A DNA stretch of 64,000 bases from Alphaproteobacteria bacterium (GTDB taxonomy: Bacteria; Pseudomonadota; Alphaproteobacteria; UBA828). The position numbers and the translations under genes are program-made. Location: assembly GCA_965214705.1 (NCBI GenBank), contig OZ243972.1:1152001-1216000 (forward strand), in the 5' to 3' direction. How positions within the stretch are numbered: the stretch's first letter is position 1; each line of letters begins with the position of its first letter. The notes under the pieces were generated by a model that saw only the letters and a list, made by a program, of their open reading frames with translations, did no database searches and was not told the origin of the DNA. This document shows, piece after piece, positions 56,065 to 64,000 of the stretch.

Positions 56065-56853
56065 TTACGCGCGCTCACCATGATTTGAAGCGGTACTAGC
56101 TCCGGCGATTCCCTCCACAGCGGCGGTGAGCCGGGCGAGGTCATCGTCGCGCGAGAGGCGGTGGTCGCCGTCCTTCACCAGTTCGACCGTGACGCGCTCG
56201 CTCTCCACGAGCTCGGCGATTTGGAGCGCGGTGCGCCAGGGCACGTCCTCGTCGCGCATGCCCTGCAGCAGGTGAATGGGGCAGCCAATCGCGATTTGCG
56301 CGCGCAGCAGCAGGTGCTCGCGCCCCTCCTCGATCAGGCCCTTGGTGATGGGGTAGGGGTCTTCGCCATAGTCGCAGGGCATCACGATTTCGCCGGCCTC
56401 GGCGAGGGTCCGCCGCCCTTCGTCGTCGAGCGCGGACCAGATGGGGTCTTCGGTGAAATCGGGTGCCGCCGCGACGCCGACGAGTCCGGCGACGCGCTCG
56501 GGCCGCACCAGCGCGAGCAGTAGCACGATCCAGCCGCCCATGCTGGAGCCGACCAGGACTTGCGGACCGCTGGCGACGCGGTCGAGCACCGCCAGCGCGT
56601 CGTCCCGCCAGCCGCCGATGGTGCCGTCCCGAAACGCGCCGCCCGAGGCGCCGTGGCCGGCATAGTCGAAGCGCACGAAAGCCCGGCCGATGCGGCGGCA
56701 GTGGGCCTCCAGCGCCGTGGCCTTGGTGCCGGTCATGTCCGACATGAAGCCGCCGCAGAACATCACGCCCGGCGTACTGCCCGCCATCGCCCGGTAGGCG
56801 ATGGTCTCGCGGCCGTCGCGCTCAAGCAGCGATGGCGGTGGGGGTTCTTGCAT
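56065..56853 (-). CDS. Alpha/beta hydrolase (ABHD10-like)
   Basis: GGFMSDMTGTKA, GSSMGG, DEDVP, DGDHRLS. Confidence 0.88.
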   Translation of the reverse strand: MQEPPPPSLLERDGRETIAYRAMAGSTPGVMFCGGFMSDMTGTKATALEAHCRRIGRAFVRFDYAGHGASGGAFRDGTIGGWRDDALAVLDRVASGPQVLVGSSMGGWIVLLLALVRPERVAGLVGVAAAPDFTEDPIWSALDDEGRRTLAEAGEIVMPCDYGEDPYPITKGLIEEGREHLLLRAQIAIGCPIHLLQGMRDEDVPWRTALQIAELVESERVTVELVKDGDHRLSRDDDLARLTAAVEGIAGASTASNHGERA

Positions 56854-56894
56854 GGGTCTCTCGCTCGATCCCACCGTCGGCCAGATGGCTTTCC

Positions 56895-58310
<1,416 letters not shown>

Positions 58311-58328
58311 CGGTCTCCTCTTCCCGCG

Positions 58329-59978
58329 CTAGACGCGGTTGCGGTCGAAGGTTGGCTGCACACCCGACCCGTAGAGCTTGAGCGCTCCGTCGGGGCCGAC
58401 GGTGTTTGGGCGCTGGAATATCCAGTTCTGCCAGGCGGAGAGGCGGCCGAAAATCTTGGTCTCGAGAGTCTCTGGCCCGGCGAAGCGGAGCGATGCCTCC
58501 ATGCCGGAGAGCGCGTCGGGCGAGAACGCCGCGCGCGCCTCGATGGCGATACGCACCTCGTCCTCCCAGTCGATATCGTCGGGGATGAAGGTGACGAGCC
58601 CCAACGCCTCCGCCGCCTCGGCGTCGAGATCGGTGTCGAGGGCCGCGTGCGTTGCCGCAAGCGCTTCATCATCGTCGAGGAAGCGGCTGGCAAGGCGGGA
58701 GAGCCCGTTCGCCATTGGCAGCGAGCCGGCGTTCATCGCCGTGAGCCGCACCGTCGCCGGCGCCTCGTTCGAGCCCTCGAAGGTGCCGTCCAACATGAAG
58801 CTGCGATCACCCGCGAGTGCGAGCTCCAGCAGCGTGCCCGTGAAGCACGAACCGGGCTCGATCAGCGCGACGAGGCTGCGCGCGCTCACGTCGAGGCGTT
58901 TCAGGGTCCGCTTCAAATAGAGAGTGATCTCGCGTACCAGCCAGTCGCCGGCATTGGCTGCGAGCGCGGCATCCGCCGCCGCAACGCGCTCTGCCGCTCC
59001 TGTCGTCTTGAGAACCCAGGTGCCGAGCGCCGGCTCATTGAAGCGCAGGTGCAGGATCGCGTCGTCAAGCTCGCGCGCGAGCGCCAGCGGCCAAAAGTCC
59101 GCGCCGGCTGTGTGGATCGCGTCGGGCTCGGCAGACGGCGGCGCGTCCGGCGCGGCCACCGTGAGCGTCGCCGTTCCCTGCGCCCGGTCGAGCGCGACCT
59201 GGACGTGGCGGTAGGCCATGGCGTCCTCGCTCACCGTGCGCTCCAGCGGGGGCAATTTGATCCCGCGCGCATCGGCCGGCCGGTCCGATGTATCCGTCAA
59301 GGCTGCGGCGCGGGCGGCGACGGCATCGTCGAGCCGCGAGCGCGGCACCAATTCGTCCACCAGCTTCCACTCCAGCGCACGGCGCCCGCGCACGCCCTCG
59401 CCCGTGGTGCAGAAATAATCAGCACGGTCGCGCCTGACGCATCGCTTGTCGACGACGCGGGTGAGCCCGCCGGTGCCCGGCAGCACCGCCAGCAGCGGCA
59501 CCTCGGGCAGCGACACGGCAGTCGAGCCGTCATCGACCAGAATGATGTGGTCGGTCGCGAGCGCGAGCTCGTAGCCGCCGCCCGCGGCGGTTCCAGCGAT
59601 TACCGTCATCCAGCGCTGGCCCGCGTTGGCCGAGGCATCCTCGATGGCGTTGCGGGTCTCGTTGGTGAACTTGCAGAAATTGACCTTGTCGATGTGCGAG
59701 GAGCGGGACAGCATCGGGATATTCGCGCCGGCCGAGAAGACGCGCTCCTTCGCCGACGTCAGCACCACTGCCCGCACCTGCGGATGTTCGAAGCGGAGCC
59801 GCTGGGCGGCATCCGCGAGCTCGATATCGACGCCGAGATCGTAGGAGTTGAGCTTCAGCGCATAGTCGCCGCCGATGCCGCCATCCTCGTCCACGTCGAG
59901 CGCGAGCGTGGCGATGGCGCCGTCGATGGAGAGCCGCCAGTGGCGGTATTGGTCCGGATGGGTCCGGAAGTCGATCAT
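58329..59978 (-). CDS. boxC: 2,3-epoxybenzoyl-CoA dihydrolase BoxC
   Basis: LKLNSYDLGVDIELADA, KVNFCKFTNETRN, LPGTGG, AWQNWIFQRPN. Confidence 0.96.
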   Translation of the reverse strand: MIDFRTHPDQYRHWRLSIDGAIATLALDVDEDGGIGGDYALKLNSYDLGVDIELADAAQRLRFEHPQVRAVVLTSAKERVFSAGANIPMLSRSSHIDKVNFCKFTNETRNAIEDASANAGQRWMTVIAGTAAGGGYELALATDHIILVDDGSTAVSLPEVPLLAVLPGTGGLTRVVDKRCVRRDRADYFCTTGEGVRGRRALEWKLVDELVPRSRLDDAVAARAAALTDTSDRPADARGIKLPPLERTVSEDAMAYRHVQVALDRAQGTATLTVAAPDAPPSAEPDAIHTAGADFWPLALARELDDAILHLRFNEPALGTWVLKTTGAAERVAAADAALAANAGDWLVREITLYLKRTLKRLDVSARSLVALIEPGSCFTGTLLELALAGDRSFMLDGTFEGSNEAPATVRLTAMNAGSLPMANGLSRLASRFLDDDEALAATHAALDTDLDAEAAEALGLVTFIPDDIDWEDEVRIAIEARAAFSPDALSGMEASLRFAGPETLETKIFGRLSAWQNWIFQRPNTVGPDGALKLYGSGVQPTFDRNRV

Positions 59979-60089
59979 CGTACCCGCCGTCTATCGGGCA
60001 GCGGCCAACGCGTCCCGACATCGATTGTTCCTTGCGGACTATATGGCGCGCCGCTCTCCGCCATCCACGGGAATCTTCCCGACAAACCG

Positions 60090-61406
60090 CTAGTCCTTGG
60101 GGCGCAGGTCGACGATACGCTTGGCCTTGCCGGCCGAGCGTTCGATCGAGCCCGGCTCTCCGACCGTGACTTTGCTGCTGATGCCGATCAGAGACCGAAT
60201 GCGGCCGGCGAGATCGCGCCCAGCCACCCGTCGCGTCTCGTCATCGGCGGCGCCGGGCTTGGCCTCGACGACCACCGTCAACTCGTCGAGGCGGCCCGGC
60301 CGCCGCACTTCGAGGTAGTAGTGCGGCGTGAGACGCTGGTCTTCGAGCACGATCTCCTCGATGAACGGCGGGAACAGGTTGACGCCGCGGATGATCAGCA
60401 TGTCGTCGTTGCGTCCCGTGACCCGCTGCATGCGCCGCATGGCGCGCGCGGTGCCTGGCAGCAGCCGGGTGAGGTCGCGGGTGCGGTAGCGAATGATGGG
60501 GCACGCTTCCTTGGTGAGAGACGTGATGACCATTTCTCCCGCCTCGCCGTCGGGCAGCACGGCGCCGGTCTCGGGATCGATGATCTCGGGGTAGAAGTGG
60601 TCCTCCCAGATGTGGAGACCGTCCTTGCTCTCCACGCACTCGATGGAGACGCCGGGGCCGATCGCCTCGGAGCACCCGTAGATGTCGATCGCCTGCATGG
60701 CGAAGCGGGTCTCGATCTCCTCGCGCATCGCTTCAGTCCACGGTTCGGCGCCGTGAATGCCGATCTGCAGCGAGCAACGCCGCGGGTCCAGCCCCAGGCG
60801 CTCGAACTCGTCGCCGATCGCCAGCATGTAGGACGGCGTGACGGCGATGACCCGCGGCTCGAAGTCGTAGATCATGCCCACCTGTCGCTCGGTGAACCCG
60901 CCCGACGCCGGGACCACGGTGCAGCCGAGCTTCTCGGCGCCGGCGTGAAGGCCGAGGCCGCCGGTGAAGAGCCCGTAGCCGTAGGCGATGTGAACCATGT
61001 CGCCGGGGCGGGCGCCGGCGGCGCGCAGGCAGCGGGCGACCAGGCCGGCCCAGGTGTCGAGGTCGTTCCTCGTGTAACCCACGACGGTGGGAATGCCGGT
61101 GGTGCCGCTCGAGGCATGGATGCGGATGATCTGCTCGCGCGGAACCGCGAACATGTCGAAGGGGTAGTTGAGGCGGAGGTCGTCCTTGACCGTGAACGGG
61201 AACCTGGCGAGGTCGTCGAGGGACGTGAGATCGGCCGGGCTCACGCCCGCTTCGTCGAAACACCTCTTGTAGTGAGGCACGTTGTCGTAGGCGCGCCGCA
61301 GGGTCGCTTGCAGCCGCGTGAGTTGCAATGCCGCGATCTCGTCGCGGCTCGCGGTCTCGATGGGGTCGAGCTCGTCCGGGCGCGGGGGGCGAACGGGGTC
61401 GTTCAT
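60090..61406 (-). CDS. paaK: Phenylacetate-CoA ligase (PaaK family)
   Basis: IHASSGTTG, YGYGLFTGGLG, GAEPW, DIYGCSE, IRYRTRD, GRNDDMLIIRGVN. Confidence 0.92.
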   Translation of the reverse strand: MNDPVRPPRPDELDPIETASRDEIAALQLTRLQATLRRAYDNVPHYKRCFDEAGVSPADLTSLDDLARFPFTVKDDLRLNYPFDMFAVPREQIIRIHASSGTTGIPTVVGYTRNDLDTWAGLVARCLRAAGARPGDMVHIAYGYGLFTGGLGLHAGAEKLGCTVVPASGGFTERQVGMIYDFEPRVIAVTPSYMLAIGDEFERLGLDPRRCSLQIGIHGAEPWTEAMREEIETRFAMQAIDIYGCSEAIGPGVSIECVESKDGLHIWEDHFYPEIIDPETGAVLPDGEAGEMVITSLTKEACPIIRYRTRDLTRLLPGTARAMRRMQRVTGRNDDMLIIRGVNLFPPFIEEIVLEDQRLTPHYYLEVRRPGRLDELTVVVEAKPGAADDETRRVAGRDLAGRIRSLIGISSKVTVGEPGSIERSAGKAKRIVDLRPKD

Positions 61407-61551
61407 GGCATCCCTCTTGCGGTGCCGCACCATAGCGCATCCCGCGCCGGCGGCATCGCCTGCGTTGACACGCCCCCGCCCTGAGCGGATAGTCCGGCGC
61501 CTGTCGAAGGGGCGCCGGTATCGGCCGCCCGCACCCGTCAGGCGCCTGCTC

Positions 61552-62454
61552 ATGTCTCCATCGAATGTCTCAACCGACAGCGCCGGGCCGATCGAGGACC
61601 CGGCGGGCGTGATTGCCTTCCAGGGGGCGCCGGGCGCTTTCTCCGAGGCCGCCTGCATGGCCCGCTACCCGGCGATGACCACGCTCCCCTGCAAGACTTT
61701 CAGCGATACCTTCGCCGCCGTCGCCCAGGATCGCGCCGGGCTCGCCATGATCCCGATCGAGAACTCGGCGGCGGGCCGCGTTGCCGACATTCACCAGCTC
61801 CTGCCGGAATCCGACCTCCACATCGTCGAGGAACACTTCGAGCGCGTGCGCCACAACCTCCTTGCTTGCCACGGCGCCGACCCGTCGAAGCTCGAGACCG
61901 TGCGCTCGCACGTGCACGCGCTCTCCCAGTGCCGCAAGCTCATCGCGCGGCGCGGTCTCGTGCCGATCGTGCACGCCGATACGGCAGGCGCTGCCGCCGA
62001 GGTGGCGGCGACGGGCGACTCGACCCGGGCCGCGATCGCCTCCCAGCTCGCCGCCGAAACCTATGGGCTGGCGATCGTCGAGGCGAACATTGAGGACGAA
62101 GCCCACAACACGACGCGCTTCGTGGTGCTGTCGCGGCAGCCGGCCGATCCCGGCGCGGACGCCGGGCCAGTGATCACCTCCTTCATGTTCCAGTGCCGCA
62201 ACGTGCCGGCGGCGCTCTACAAGTGCTTGGGCGGCTTCGCCACCAACAGCGTCAACATGACCAAGCTGGAAAGCTACATGGTTGACGGCAGCTTCTCAGC
62301 AACGGTCTTCTTCGCTGAGGTCGAGGGGCATCCGTCCGAAACCGCACTGGCGCGCGCCCTGAGCGAGCTTGACTACTTTTCGCGCGAGGTGCGGATCATG
62401 GGCGTCTACCCGGCCCATCCCTACCGCCGCGAGGCCGCCGCCATCAGGCGCTGA
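61552..62454 (+). CDS. pheA: Prephenate dehydratase
   Basis: FQGAPGAFSE, PIENS, NTTRF, ACT domain NMTKLES. Confidence 0.93.
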   Translation: MSPSNVSTDSAGPIEDPAGVIAFQGAPGAFSEAACMARYPAMTTLPCKTFSDTFAAVAQDRAGLAMIPIENSAAGRVADIHQLLPESDLHIVEEHFERVRHNLLACHGADPSKLETVRSHVHALSQCRKLIARRGLVPIVHADTAGAAAEVAATGDSTRAAIASQLAAETYGLAIVEANIEDEAHNTTRFVVLSRQPADPGADAGPVITSFMFQCRNVPAALYKCLGGFATNSVNMTKLESYMVDGSFSATVFFAEVEGHPSETALARALSELDYFSREVRIMGVYPAHPYRREAAAIRR

Positions 62455-62493
62455 TCGGGGCGCCCAGCAGAGGGATACTGGAGCTAAGCCGAC

Positions 62494-62760
62494 ATGCACG
62501 ATCCCGCCCTGACGCCGCTGCGCTGGACCTTCTCGTGGCCCGTGATCCGCAACTCGCTGATTGTTGGCGCCATCGTCGGGACGATCCTCAACATGATCAA
62601 TCAGGGCGATCACATCACCGGCGACGGCGCAATCAACTGGTTCAAGCTCGGGCTGACCTATTGCGTGCCGTTCTGCGTCGCCACCTATGGCGCCTTCGCC
62701 GCCGCGCGGCTATTCGCGAAGCAGATGCGCGCGAAGAGGGAGGGCAGCGGCGCCAATTGA
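62494..62760 (+). CDS. NrtS-like small two-TM membrane protein
   Basis: VGTILNMINQGD..LTYCVPFCVATYG signature. Confidence 0.75.
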   Translation: MHDPALTPLRWTFSWPVIRNSLIVGAIVGTILNMINQGDHITGDGAINWFKLGLTYCVPFCVATYGAFAAARLFAKQMRAKREGSGAN

Positions 62761-62773
62761 TGCGGGCACGCGC

Positions 62774-63544
62774 TTACTCCCAGCGCGGGTCGCGGCCCGC
62801 GCGGTAGGCCTCCATGGCCTCGGCGAAGTCCGGCGCGGCCACGGCGTTTCCCTGCAGCACCAGGTACTTGTGGAAGAAGGCCTCCCACCCGAGGTCGAAG
62901 CAATCCAGCAACATCTGCTTGGAGGCTCGGCAACCGGCCGAGTTGGTGCTGGCGTACTCGCCGATTAGGGCTTCGAATTCCTCCAGTGCCGTATCCTCGG
63001 CGACGAGGTGATCGACCATGCCGATGCGCTCGGCCTCGGCACCGTCGATCATGTTGCCGCGGATAATCAGCGACTTGGCCCGGCCGAGCCCGATGTAGCG
63101 CGCGAGGCGGAAGGTCCCGAGCCCAGGAATCAGCCCTTCCTTGATCGCGGGCAGGCCGAGTTGGGCCGAGGGCGTGCAGACGCGGATATCGCAGGCCAGC
63201 GCCAGTTGTAGACCGCCGCCGACGGCATAGCCGTGAATCAGGCACAGCACGAGCTTGTCCATCGTCTCGAACACCCGGAGCGCCCTGTCCCACATGTCGA
63301 AGTAGCTCGGCTCGATCTGCCCGGCGGCCAGATCCTTGAGGTCGATTCCGGTGGAGAACGCCCGGCCCGAACCGGTGATCGACACCATGCGGACATCCTC
63401 ATCAGCGGCGAGGCGGTTGGCCGCGTCGAGCAGCTCCCGGGTGCCGGTCATGGCGAAGGCGTTGAGTCGCTCGGGCCGCGTCAGCTCAATACGGACGAGC
63501 CGGCCTTCACGCGAGAGCGTCATGGTCTCGTAGTCTGCGGTCAT
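62774..63544 (-). CDS. Enoyl-CoA hydratase/isomerase (crotonase) family protein
   Basis: LTRPERLNA, AFSTGIDL, GYAVGGG, ACDIRV, GLIPG. Confidence 0.88.
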   Translation of the reverse strand: MTADYETMTLSREGRLVRIELTRPERLNAFAMTGTRELLDAANRLAADEDVRMVSITGSGRAFSTGIDLKDLAAGQIEPSYFDMWDRALRVFETMDKLVLCLIHGYAVGGGLQLALACDIRVCTPSAQLGLPAIKEGLIPGLGTFRLARYIGLGRAKSLIIRGNMIDGAEAERIGMVDHLVAEDTALEEFEALIGEYASTNSAGCRASKQMLLDCFDLGWEAFFHKYLVLQGNAVAAPDFAEAMEAYRAGRDPRWE

Positions 63545-63683
63545 TGTGGGGTCCCTGGACTCTGTGCCTGCCAAACAGCCCGCAGTTTATCCGATCGGCA
63601 GCGTGACGCGTGGTGGTGGGCCGCCTGTTCGTTCCTCGTTGTGAGCGCTATCGTAGCCGCCGGCAGCCGTTATAAGGCGAGCG

Positions 63684-64000
63684 ATGCGCAAGAACGCAGC
63701 GAGCCGGAGCCTGCACGAGCTCTATCGGGAGGATCCCGACAAGGCCGACCGCCTGCTGTTCGGCCGTGTCGCTCATCCCGACCGGCGCGGGTTTCTCAAG
63801 GGTGCCGGGCTTGCCGCCATGACGGCGCTGGTGGGTGGGACGATCCCCCTCCACCGCACCATGCCCACGCACTTCATTCCCGTCGCGCTCGCGAACGAGC
63901 CCGTCATTCAGGGCAAGGATGGCTTGGTCGTGCTCAACGACCGGCCGCTCAGCGCGGAGACCCCGGCGCACCTGCTCGATGACGCCATCACGCCGACCGA
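63684..64000 (+). CDS. Tat-exported sulfite oxidase-family molybdoprotein (SorT/SoxC-like), 3' truncated
   Basis: MRKNAASRSLHELYREDP..DRRGFLKG (twin-arginine)..GKDGLVVLNDRPLSAETPAHLLDDAITP. Confidence 0.8.
   Translation, partial: MRKNAASRSLHELYREDPDKADRLLFGRVAHPDRRGFLKGAGLAAMTALVGGTIPLHRTMPTHFIPVALANEPVIQGKDGLVVLNDRPLSAETPAHLLDDAITPT

Overview
A 64-kb GC-rich (roughly 68-70% by eye) chromosomal segment of an alphaproteobacterium. The assignment rests on GTTC-N7-GTTC/GAAC-N7-GAAC LexA boxes, the lexA-comEC-gltX block, the bamE-cbp3-yceD-rpmF-plsX-fabH-ihfA-merR block and a type-B L36. Most of it is housekeeping and catabolic genes: a GS-like ligase with hydantoinase A/B, uvrD, hldE, prpE, rsmD, nth, lexA, comEC, gltX, hisI, zur-znuCB, oxyR, glcDEF, hppA, ccdA/tlpA, boxCB, paaK, pheA and a Tat sulfite-oxidase-family gene. 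Two things stand out. (1) An intact 4392-bp IS1595-family 'transporter IS' (5707-10098; perfect 25-bp TIRs, 8-bp TAATTTTA TSD). It carries a HicA/HicB-like TA pair, a surface lipoprotein joining a metzincin protease to a TbpB-like barrel, an AT-hook peptide and an XRE regulator. (2) A cluster at 34321-42020 with two amino-acid SBP domains and two HisM-like permease domains. The permeases appear to have lost the EAA coupling loop and no ATPase is present. They sit directly upstream of a membrane HAMP-PP2C phosphatase with a STAS anti-anti-sigma nearby, a candidate ABC-derived receptor feeding a partner-switching cascade. Also noted: a barbiturase-type Toblerone hydrolase paired with a deaminase, an AT-rich patch inside gltX, and a multi-hairpin intergenic element. 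No rRNA, tRNA or CRISPR array was recognised. All product calls come from motif recognition, without database searches.
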